From positions 33,708 to 97,707 of the forward strand of contig CAZESS010000004.1 in assembly GCA_964514975.1 (NCBI GenBank): a DNA stretch of 64,000 bases, given 5' to 3'. The notes under the pieces were generated by a model. It worked only from the letters and a program-made list of their open reading frames with translations, did not search any database and was not told the DNA's origin. The stretch comes from an uncultured Thermoplasmatales archaeon. Lineage in GTDB: Archaea; Thermoplasmatota; E2; UBA202; DSCA01. A program made the position numbers and the translations under genes. Numbering within the stretch: the first letter of the stretch is position 1; every line of letters starts with the position of its first letter. Shown in pieces: positions 39,701-46,985 of the stretch.

Positions 39701-40284
39701 TTTATCTCCTTGAGGATGATGCCCAGGTGCTCGAGGTTTTGCTCGACCTCCTGCTTCTCTTTCTCAGATTTTTCGATGTCCCGGTCGAACTCGGAAACGC
39801 CGGCGATGTCGTCGATGACCCGTCGGCGGGGGACGTCGCCCATCTCGACGATGGCGGTCACGTCGCCCTGCTGCACGATGCAGTTGTCGGAAATGTTCGC
39901 CGACGACAGCAGCTGCACGAACTCTGTCAGCGAGGACGAGTTGCCGTTGATGTAAAAATAGCTGTAGTAGTTGTCGGGGTCGTCGGGCAGCGGCGAGCGC
40001 TTTACCTTCCGGGTCAGCCGGATGGTCTCGTCGCCGTCCTCCAGCACCAGCGACACCGTACAGTGTTTGACGTTTTTTTTGCCGTTGTAGATGAGGTCGG
40101 TGAGCCGGCCGGCGCGGATGGTCTTCGGGCTGCGCGGCCCCAGGATAAACAGGATCGCATCGGAAATGTTTGACTTGCCCGACCCGTTGGGGCCGGTGAT
40201 GGCGGTGAAGCCGGGGAGAAACGGGACCGTAATCTTTTTCCCAAAGGATTTAAAATTTTCCAACTGTACTTCTTTGAGGCGCAT
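36769..40284 (-). CDS. smc: Chromosome segregation protein SMC
   Basis: LENFKSFG, GPNGSGKSN, VQQGD, hinge (GRTTFLPL, RLVTLDGE), PVNMRALEEY, LSGGEKS, ILDEVD; start taken as ATG 40284. Confidence 0.97.
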   Translation of the reverse strand: MRLKEVQLENFKSFGKKITVPFLPGFTAITGPNGSGKSNISDAILFILGPRSPKTIRAGRLTDLIYNGKKNVKHCTVSLVLEDGDETIRLTRKVKRSPLPDDPDNYYSYFYINGNSSSLTEFVQLLSSANISDNCIVQQGDVTAIVEMGDVPRRRVIDDIAGVSEFDRDIEKSEKEKQEVEQNLEHLGIILKEIKSQLRKLKRERDDAVQYKEMQEALSRTKAMRSYKKRLEVEKDIQEIEKQIQSYKDERERLKEQRKELQERYRDKQLELQEVEDRIAELGGEEIEELKEQINEAREEAIKAKEKINYYTKEISEGKQERKELEATHEKLQKEIRSYQKTVEKLEKEHEQVTRAIENTGDELETIKQRMSNSDERAMDITRSLAKIKKQYEQERQALHELELEKDRLEQQMESLDVSISELEENRQTYEFELKDVNWQIKEIKKSQKEQLKEKERLEQELFDRKKEESEISETLQELDQQVMRYQRELAKLKARQEASSYTRAAREILKARNEGAIRGIHGSISELGNVDDEYQRALGVAAGRRAEAIVVDDDEVASKCINYLKKHDYGRTTFLPLSKMSAGKPRGKALMTVKEDGSHGFAIDLVSFDLEYKAAFWYVFRDTIVMEDLTSARKVMGGVRLVTLDGEIVGSSGAMIGGSTPRKASFGKGDQRKVGDISKKLREVTHQQEAMSERLMEVREEISTVQQQLRDCTIEEEDQLERLDARKKEFDGKLKVITERLESRQQEHDELQRKIDEVQDNITEKETHIEELEQQREQTEQELKHISTKETTKKIDALKETLEEQRDRQRSLTSDIRTRSKELEVMEERRQELDDRLQAIDSQREEYQAEIAQLKKIHQENQDNMEALMEVEDKMLGKRKGLTEGRDALYRETVDIENKIDSISTKMETNLDLISRAKARLPTLEETLGELLMETQDYEFSEDELSGLDELKSRIKELERKMEQLQPVNMRALEEYERQEERRQSFEQDIDRLREQRKNLVNLVEEIKKKKKDAFFEVYDAVKEHFAEIYAELTSGDAKLELENSEQPFDGGLIIRARPKGKRSLRLNALSGGEKSMASLAFIFALQAYDPSPFYILDEVDMFLDGKNAERVATMIQQRARSTQFIAISLRRITLNKANHIYGVTMHDNGVSTLIGNVDMEEVEQLVEVK

Positions 40285-40357
40285 GCTTCCCATCCCGACA
40301 CACAAAGAATATATACGTTATATATAAACGTGTTGCTTTCGCCTTCCTGAAGCGGTG

Positions 40358-41107
40358 TCATTGGCTGCCAGACATTTGCGTCAGCATCTTGTGGGCGAAC
40401 ACGCCGGCGCCGTAGCCGTTGTCGATGTTCACCACCGCGATGCCCGGCGAGCAACTGTTCAGCATGGTGAGCAATGCCGCATATCCATCCATGCCGGTGC
40501 CATAGCCAACGCTCGTCGGGAGCGCCACGACCGGTGCCGTGAACAGGCTCGCGACGACCGCGGGCAGCACGCCGTCCATGCCGGCCGCGACGATGATAAC
40601 CTGCGCTCCGGCCAGCGTGTAGCGGGAGGCAAGCAGCCGGTGGAGGCCGGCCACACCGACGTCATGCACCCGCTCGACGGGATGGCCGAGCGCGTCGACG
40701 ACCACGGCCGCCTCCTCCGCCACCGGCACATCCGACGTTCCGGCGCTGACAACCGCAACCCTGCCGCCGTCCCTGTCAGTGACGGTTCCTATCACGATGA
40801 GCCGCGCCCGCTCATGATACGCTGCATCCGCTCTTTTGCTGACCGCCTCGTAGACCTCCCGGCCTGCACGGGTGATAAACAATGGCCGCGCCCCGGCGGC
40901 CTCGACGAGCCGGATGATATCCTCGATGGTCTTGCCCGGGGCATAGATGGCCTCGGGGACGCCGGTACGCATCTCGCGGTGCACGTCGAACCTGGCCTCG
41001 CCCAGATCCAGGAAGGGTGCAAAACGGAGCTCGTGGAGTGCTTCCGCGATGTCAATGTCGCCCGCCGACAGCCGCTGCAGGATGTCGCGGACATCGTCTT
41101 CGTTCAT
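40358..41107 (-). CDS. larB: Nickel-pincer cofactor biosynthesis protein LarB (PurE-like)
   Basis: DVHREMRTGVPEAIYAPGK, SAGTSDVPVAEEA, DVGVAGLHRL, AGMDGVLP, PTSVGYG, VVNIDNGYGA. Confidence 0.92.
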   Translation of the reverse strand: MNEDDVRDILQRLSAGDIDIAEALHELRFAPFLDLGEARFDVHREMRTGVPEAIYAPGKTIEDIIRLVEAAGARPLFITRAGREVYEAVSKRADAAYHERARLIVIGTVTDRDGGRVAVVSAGTSDVPVAEEAAVVVDALGHPVERVHDVGVAGLHRLLASRYTLAGAQVIIVAAGMDGVLPAVVASLFTAPVVALPTSVGYGTGMDGYAALLTMLNSCSPGIAVVNIDNGYGAGVFAHKMLTQMSGSQ

Positions 41108-41169
41108 TGGATGGCACAAACACTGAAGGGCTTAAATCATTTGTTCTCCGGCGGCCGCATCGGATGTCG

Positions 41170-41689
41170 TCACCATGCATCTTTTTTCCGCTTCACGCAG
41201 AGGCATATCAGCCCCGTGACAGCGAGAGCGATGGAGGCGAGCAGCGCGATGTTTTTGAGGGGTGTGAAGCCGTTTGCCACCCGGGCGATGCCATCAACGC
41301 GGACGGGGAACCTGTACAGTATCGTCGCCAGACAGATGTTCTCTCCGATGTCGGCGCCGCCGGCAAGCAGCGGCAGAAACAGGGGAGTGTACAGCACGCT
41401 GTCCAGCGGAAACATGCGCTGCAGCAGGTATCCGATAACGAGCACGAGCAACGCCATATAGGCAAGCGGGTAGTAGAGACCGGCTAGACCCACATATAGG
41501 TATACATTCCTTCCCGGTTCCCCCATGCCGGAAAGCGTGTCGTATACCTCGCCCGGCGTATCGTTGCTTTTAAGGTCGATGACCTGTTCGCCGGTCGTCG
41601 TGTAGATATACAGTGTCACCGTACTCTATCGAGAAAACATCGAACACAGCCAGCGCGATATACACCTGCCTTTGGCGAATCAGACACAT
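41170..41689 (-). pseudogene. Probable frameshifted multi-pass membrane protein gene
   Basis: ATG at 41689 with a GGGAG RBS gives MCLIRQRQVYIALAVFDVFSI (hydrophobic) and stops early. The membrane-protein body (DLK..TPGEVY..L..MGEPGR..Y, YPLAY, DIGEN) continues in another frame to 41170. The 520-nt span is not a multiple of 3. Confidence 0.5.
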
Positions 41690-41917
41690 ATCTCTCCCTG
41701 TAGACAGTAACAGGAGCACCTACTTGTGTATATCGATTTCCGCCTCCAGAAAACAGGGCATATCTCGATAGACAAAGAAAAACAGCTAAAAATACGGGAC
41801 GAAGACCATGTCGTGCCGCCCGGCCGAAAAAAATAGATAATTTTTTAATTGATGGCCGTTTTGTGCTGTGGATACGGGGACCGGCGTTTTGCCACGCCTC
41901 CCTCCCCCTCGTATCCG

Positions 41918-42355
41918 CTATGTTTTTTGCAGTGCCCTGTCCATGTCGTCCATGAGCTGCGAGGCGCTCCGGTAGCCGACGGTGCGATGTATCTCGCTGC
42001 CGTTTTCTTTCAGGTAGACGATGGTGGGAACCGAGCGGATACCATACTGGGTGGCGAGGTCCTGCCGCTGGTCGACGTTGACCTTCACGGCGGTGAACGA
42101 ATCCGCTATCTGCTGGATGACCTGCCTGTTCTTGTAGGTGGTTTCGTCCATCTGCTGGCAGGGCCCGCACCAGTCGGCGTAAAAGTCCACCATGACAGGT
42201 GTCCCCGTGGTTTCGGCCTGTTCGAGCGCCGTGCTGTAGGAAACCCACTGAACCGAGGTCGGCGTGCCATTGTCCCCGTTTTCTTCCAGGCAGCCGGCGG
42301 TCAGCATGGAGACGGTTATCGCTGTCAGGGCGAGCGCCAGGAACAGCCGTTTCAT
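41918..42355 (-). CDS. Thioredoxin-fold lipoprotein
   Basis: MKRLFLALALTAITVSMLTAGC lipobox, VDFYADWCGPC, YGIRSVPT; start at ATG 42355 overlapping the trxA stop. Confidence 0.88.
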   Translation of the reverse strand: MKRLFLALALTAITVSMLTAGCLEENGDNGTPTSVQWVSYSTALEQAETTGTPVMVDFYADWCGPCQQMDETTYKNRQVIQQIADSFTAVKVNVDQRQDLATQYGIRSVPTIVYLKENGSEIHRTVGYRSASQLMDDMDRALQKT

Positions 42356-42750
42356 GTGTATCGCTCTATCCAGGAGCGGAGCATGTTTTTGGGCATGGCG
42401 CCCATCTGCTGGTCGACGAGTTCGCCGTTTTTGAAGAGCAGCAGCGTTGGAATGCTCATGATGCCGTATTGCTTTGCCGTCTGCTGGTTTTCGTCTGTAT
42501 TGAGCTTGGCGAACACGACGTCGCCCTGCATGGCCTTGGCCAGTTCCTCGATGACGGGGGACAGCATGCGGCAGGGGCCGCACCATGGCGCCCAGCAGTC
42601 GACGACGACGAGCGGGTGCTGTTGCACCACGTCCTGCACGTCGCCGTCGGTGACTTTGAGTGGTTTACCGGGCATCTTGTCGCCGCCTTTGATTCGCTGC
42701 ATGAGTTCTTCCATCTTTTTTTTCTTGATGTTTTCTGTTTCTTCGCTCAT
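42352..42750 (-). CDS. trxA: Thioredoxin
   Basis: VDCWAPWCGPCRML, YGIMSIPTLLLFKNG; N-terminal helix EETENIKKKKMEEL typical of archaeal Trx. Confidence 0.93.
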   Translation of the reverse strand: MSEETENIKKKKMEELMQRIKGGDKMPGKPLKVTDGDVQDVVQQHPLVVVDCWAPWCGPCRMLSPVIEELAKAMQGDVVFAKLNTDENQQTAKQYGIMSIPTLLLFKNGELVDQQMGAMPKNMLRSWIERYT

Positions 42751-42835
42751 GGTAGCCGCAATAGGCAGGAGATATATAACGTTTTTGCGTAATTTTTGCA
42801 CAAACGTTAAGTATACCCCGGCATATACCAGACCG

Positions 42836-43213
42836 ATGACAGCCGACGGCATACAGTGCGGCGACATGCTCTGCCTGCTTTTCGACCTCAACGAGCTCGA
42901 CCTGCACATCTACCGGCAGCTCCTGAAGGGAGAACAACGAGCCGAAGACCTCGCCGCCGTCGTGGACAAAGACCGGAGCACCGTCCACCGCTCGCTCACC
43001 CGCCTCGTCGACGGAGGCCTGTGCACCCGGGAACGACGGCTCGTCAACAGCGGCGGCCGCTACTACATATATCGCGCGACACCCCCAGCAGAGGTAAAAC
43101 AGCACATCCATGCATGCATCGAGCGGTGGCACCATCGCATGCACGCCTCCCTTGACCGCTTCGTCGAAGAATTCATCACCCATGACGACGCAGAAAAATT
43201 TCGACATCCTTAA
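42836..43213 (+). CDS. Winged-helix (TrmB-like) transcriptional regulator
   Basis: CLLFDLNELD, DLAAVVDKDRSTVHRSLTRL, GGRYYIY; start ATG 42836. Confidence 0.85.
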   Translation: MTADGIQCGDMLCLLFDLNELDLHIYRQLLKGEQRAEDLAAVVDKDRSTVHRSLTRLVDGGLCTRERRLVNSGGRYYIYRATPPAEVKQHIHACIERWHHRMHASLDRFVEEFITHDDAEKFRHP

Positions 43214-43240
43214 ATGACACCGCAGCCATAACAAAGGGGC

Positions 43241-43292
43241 GGGAATCGAGGCGGGGTAGAGAGCAATGAAAACACCTCATGCCTCGATTCCC
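43241..43292. repeat. Perfect 12-bp inverted repeat downstream of the HTH gene
   Basis: GGGAATCGAGGC (43241-43252) and GCCTCGATTCCC (43281-43292). Confidence 0.75.
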
Positions 43293-43444
43293 ATCGCGTT
43301 CACAATCACGCTCAACCATACAATCCAACGTGCCATAATAAACTTTTCAGTGGAAACGGACCTCGGCCAGCACCGCCGGTATTTATAGAGTATAAACAAG
43401 CTTATAAAGTATGAGGCCATTAGCACATGAGACCCGGTGTTGCC

Positions 43445-43999
43445 ATGCCAGACCTTGACGACAAAGACAGAAAAATAATCGGGCTGCTACAGAGCAATCC
43501 CCACGCATCCCAGAGCGACATCGCAACCACAACCGACCTCTCCCAGCCAGCGGTCAGCCTCCGCATCAAAAAACTCATGCAACAGGGATACCTCTCCCGT
43601 TCCATCGGCATCGACCTCAAACAGCTCAACCTGCCCCTCGCAAAACTGGAAATAGCCCTCAACGGCGAACAAAACGCCCTCGACGTCTTCTACCAGTGCC
43701 CCTACATCGTCAACGTGCTCCACATGACAGACTCCACCAGGCTCTCCCTTTTCATGGTCGGCGAAACAGCATCCACCATCCACTCGGTTACCTCCAGGCT
43801 GAAGCAACACGACGGGCTGGAGCTCATCCACCAGGACACCATCGCCGGCGCCCAAAACACGGTCATCCACCCACTCCAGCTCCCCGCAACGACAGAGAGT
43901 GCATGCCCGCACTGCGCCTGCACCACCTGCAGCCACCACAAGGAAAACCGATGCATGGGATGCCCGCTCACCTCCCAGTACCGCGGAGAGCTCTGGTAA
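43445..43999 (+). CDS. Lrp/AsnC-family regulator with a Cys-rich C-terminal tail
   Basis: LDDKDRKIIGLL...SQSDIA...LSQPAVSLRIKKL HTH; tail CPHCACTTC...CMGCP. Confidence 0.85.
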   Translation: MPDLDDKDRKIIGLLQSNPHASQSDIATTTDLSQPAVSLRIKKLMQQGYLSRSIGIDLKQLNLPLAKLEIALNGEQNALDVFYQCPYIVNVLHMTDSTRLSLFMVGETASTIHSVTSRLKQHDGLELIHQDTIAGAQNTVIHPLQLPATTESACPHCACTTCSHHKENRCMGCPLTSQYRGELW

Positions 44000-44001
44000 C
44001 C

Positions 44002-44454
44002 TCACCCGAAACGTTCGATGAAGCCACACATGTTGTCCCAGTGGGTACCCTTCCAGTACACGCGGCCGCACGACGGGCACCGCCAGAACCGCTCATGCAT
44101 CTCATACGCATGCTCCGGGACATCACCGCACACCTCTGCTTTGTCCACCGCGACGACGGGCACGTTGCAGACGGTGCACCTGTTCAACATGGCATCAACG
44201 GAAACCTCGACATCGCAGGCGTCAAACACGCACCGCAGCTGCCGCTCGAGCGAGGTGCTCTCAATCAAAACCGCCCCATCGGCCCTGTAAGCCAGCTCCT
44301 TATCACGGGTGAGCAGCACCCGCTCCTCGTCGGCTGCACGCTCCAGCAGCCGGTCATCATCACCCTCGCCCTCACGTGCATAGGCCGCATCATGGCCAAG
44401 GATGCGCAGCCATTTCGCCAGCGAGCCCAGCATCTGGTCACACAAAAACCGCAT
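44002..44454 (-). CDS. Mut7-C (DUF82) PIN-like RNase domain protein
   Basis: MRFLCDQMLGSLAKWLRILGHD, LLTRDKEL, RCTVCN, CPSCGRVYWKGTHW. Confidence 0.92.
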   Translation of the reverse strand: MRFLCDQMLGSLAKWLRILGHDAAYAREGEGDDDRLLERAADEERVLLTRDKELAYRADGAVLIESTSLERQLRCVFDACDVEVSVDAMLNRCTVCNVPVVAVDKAEVCGDVPEHAYEMHERFWRCPSCGRVYWKGTHWDNMCGFIERFG

Positions 44455-44457
44455 ACG

Positions 44458-44880
44458 CTACAAAACCTTCAGCCGGACGACGTTATGATGACGCCGGGCT
44501 ATCTCACGGAGAATGTTAATGTTCCGGCCGTTCGCCCCGATCGCCTTTCCCTTATCCTCAGGAGAAATCGTCACGTCGACACGGACTCCGTTCTCCTGCT
44601 CCGAAACATCGATCTCCTCCACCTCGAACGGCTTAAAAAGGTTCCTGACAAAACGCTCCACGTTCTCGTCGTTCTCCACGAACTTGATTTCCTTGTTCAG
44701 CATCTTCTCAAGACGCTTCAGATTCTTCGCGTTCTTGCCGATGGCCTTGCCCAGCTTGCCGTGCTCAACGATAAAGGTCACCCGGTCGTCCATCTCGATG
44801 CAGTCTTTCACCGGCGCGTTCGTCACGTTCTCGGCGAGCGCGATGTACTGCATCTCCTCGTTCGACAGCCGGATTTCCAT
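44458..44880 (-). CDS. nusA: Archaeal NusA (two KH domains)
   Basis: GKAIGKNAKN and KGKAIGANGRNI; canonical position after rpl30e. Confidence 0.93.
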   Translation of the reverse strand: MEIRLSNEEMQYIALAENVTNAPVKDCIEMDDRVTFIVEHGKLGKAIGKNAKNLKRLEKMLNKEIKFVENDENVERFVRNLFKPFEVEEIDVSEQENGVRVDVTISPEDKGKAIGANGRNINILREIARRHHNVVRLKVL

Positions 44881-45159
44881 CTATCTACTCAGCTCCATTA
44901 TATTAGAGGTGCCCTCGTCCACCACGCTGATCACCGACACGCTAAACGGCTTCCGGCACAGCATGCCGAGCTGCATGGCGCTGCCCTGATACACGAACAG
45001 CGGGGTGTCCTCTGCCGCCTCGAGCACCGCCTGCTTCTCCGGGCAGTTGCTCGCCATGATGAAAAGCTTCGCCTCGTCGTTGTGCTTCAGCGCCTCCCTG
45101 GCGCCCATGTACACCTGTCCCGTGGTAAGGAGCCTGTTCAGTTCTTTTTGCATATCCAT
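44881..45159 (-). CDS. rpl30e: 50S ribosomal protein eL30
   Basis: TGQVYMG, ASNCP, LGMLCRKPFSVS, DEGTSNI. Confidence 0.92.
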   Translation of the reverse strand: MDMQKELNRLLTTGQVYMGAREALKHNDEAKLFIMASNCPEKQAVLEAAEDTPLFVYQGSAMQLGMLCRKPFSVSVISVVDEGTSNIMELSR

Positions 45160-45161
45160 CT

Positions 45162-46985
45162 TTATTCACCTTTCCTGACTTTTCCTACGTCAACAGAGAG
45201 CTCAACGGAGCCCGTGCCCAGTTTGATGGGCTGTCCGACAATGATGTTTTCCGCCACGCCGCGCAGCTCGTCCACCTCGCCCTCCTTGGCCGCACGCAAC
45301 AAATGGTTGACCGTGATCTCGAAGGCTGCCCTAGCGATAACGGAGCTTTTCTCCCCGCTGACACCCTGCCGGCCAATCGGGCGGACAGTGCCATCGGAGG
45401 TCATGGTATCCGCGACGAGCATGATATGGCGGATGTCAACGTTCAAACCCTGCTCCTGTAGGGTGTTGTGCGCCTCCTTGATGATGGCGTTGCGGGCGGC
45501 CTCGACACCCAGCACGTTGTAGATGGCGTAGATGTCATTGGTCGTCGTCCGCGTCTTATCGACGCCCTCGATGGTGAGAATCTTCTTGAAGTTGCTGCCC
45601 TCGGTGTAGATGACATATTCGCCCTTCTCCTTCCTGATGACCGCGCGCTTGATGCCCTTGATGCCCTTGATCTTGAGGTCTTTGACCTCCTCGTTGATGC
45701 GCAATAGCTCCCGGTAGGTCGGCTCGGTGGGGCGCACCTCGAACACGTCGCCGTTTTCCTCCACCTCGACGCGCCTGATGGTCTTCAAACGCTTCATGAT
45801 GTCCTTGACCGTGATATCCTTCCGGTCGATGGCCTTCCCATGCGGCGCGATGATGATCATCATGTTGCCCAGGTCGGTGGTGACCTCGGCGATGTTGATG
45901 AGACGGGTGATCTCAATCTTGTTCGCAATCTTGGTGGCCATCTCCCGCGTTACCTTGTACTCTCCCTCCAGGTAGACGGTCATCATCGGCGTCGACGGCT
46001 GCTTCCGCGCGTCCACGATCTCGATGAGGCGGGGCAGACCGAGCGTCACGTTTATCTCGGCAACACCGGCATAATGGAACGTCCGCATCGTCATCTGGGT
46101 GCCGGGCTCGCCTATCGACTGCGCGCCGACGATACCGCAGGCCTCCAGCGGATCCATCAGCGACCTGTTGTATTCCTCTATCACACGCTCGACGAGCGCC
46201 TTCATGTCTTTTTTGGACAGGTTGCGGCTGATGGCCTCCTCGATGATGTCGTCCTCGATGGCGGGCGGCAAAAACTCGTCATGGTCGTCGACGATGCCAC
46301 GGATCTGCTGGCGGAGCGCCGCATGCTGCTCGGGCTCCTCATAGGACGGCTCGGGGATGTAATCGACCCGCTGCAGTATCTCACGGGCGTCAACATGACC
46401 GATGGCCTCCTTGATGTTCGCGGCGGCGTTGCCCACGACTTCCTCCAGCTCGTATTCGGGTGCCACCCTGAGGTCGAGCTCGTTGTGGTAGCCGGCCTCC
46501 CAGAGCGCCTCCGCCTTCGCCGGGCCGATGCCCTTTATCTCGGAGAACAGCTCAAGAGCCTCCTCCCGGGGAGGGGTGAGATGTTGCTTGATGGTGCTGG
46601 CATATTTTTTGCCGATACCCCTGACCTCGGCGATGGTCTCAATGGGCTGCAGCTGCAGCTCGTCCATGCTCCGGAACCCGGACTCGTAGAGCGCCTCGCC
46701 CTTCGCCGGGCCGATGCCCTTGACCTCAGAAAACTGGTCGATGATGCGCTGCTTCTCCGAAACCGCTTCCTCCTTTTCCTCCTCGGCGGACTTTTTCGCC
46801 TGTTTTTTCCGGCCGACCGCATCGAGGATGTCCTGCGCCTCCTCCTCGTCGAAGCCCATGTCGACGAGGTCGTTAACGTCGGTCTGTTTCAGCGCTGACA
46901 GGGTAAACTCCTCGGCGAGCTTCGACGATGTCTCCTCGTCCAGGCCGCGGCGCTGCAGCGCCATCATGGTGTCCTTCTTCGCCAT
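45162..46985 (-). CDS. rpoA2: RNA polymerase subunit A'' (Rpo1C) with an N-terminal HhH extension
   Basis: [59 protein letters not shown]; first ~200 aa carry GIGPAK/GIGKK HhH motifs. Confidence 0.96.
   Translation of the reverse strand: MAKKDTMMALQRRGLDEETSSKLAEEFTLSALKQTDVNDLVDMGFDEEEAQDILDAVGRKKQAKKSAEEEKEEAVSEKQRIIDQFSEVKGIGPAKGEALYESGFRSMDELQLQPIETIAEVRGIGKKYASTIKQHLTPPREEALELFSEIKGIGPAKAEALWEAGYHNELDLRVAPEYELEEVVGNAAANIKEAIGHVDAREILQRVDYIPEPSYEEPEQHAALRQQIRGIVDDHDEFLPPAIEDDIIEEAISRNLSKKDMKALVERVIEEYNRSLMDPLEACGIVGAQSIGEPGTQMTMRTFHYAGVAEINVTLGLPRLIEIVDARKQPSTPMMTVYLEGEYKVTREMATKIANKIEITRLINIAEVTTDLGNMMIIIAPHGKAIDRKDITVKDIMKRLKTIRRVEVEENGDVFEVRPTEPTYRELLRINEEVKDLKIKGIKGIKRAVIRKEKGEYVIYTEGSNFKKILTIEGVDKTRTTTNDIYAIYNVLGVEAARNAIIKEAHNTLQEQGLNVDIRHIMLVADTMTSDGTVRPIGRQGVSGEKSSVIARAAFEITVNHLLRAAKEGEVDELRGVAENIIVGQPIKLGTGSVELSVDVGKVRKGE

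Noticed and set aside
41849-45522. Track ORFs 41849-43213 (454 aa) and 43696-45522 (608 aa)
   Set aside because: Mostly antisense to trx, nusA, rpl30e and rpoA2; only the 3' part from 42836 of the first is a real HTH gene.
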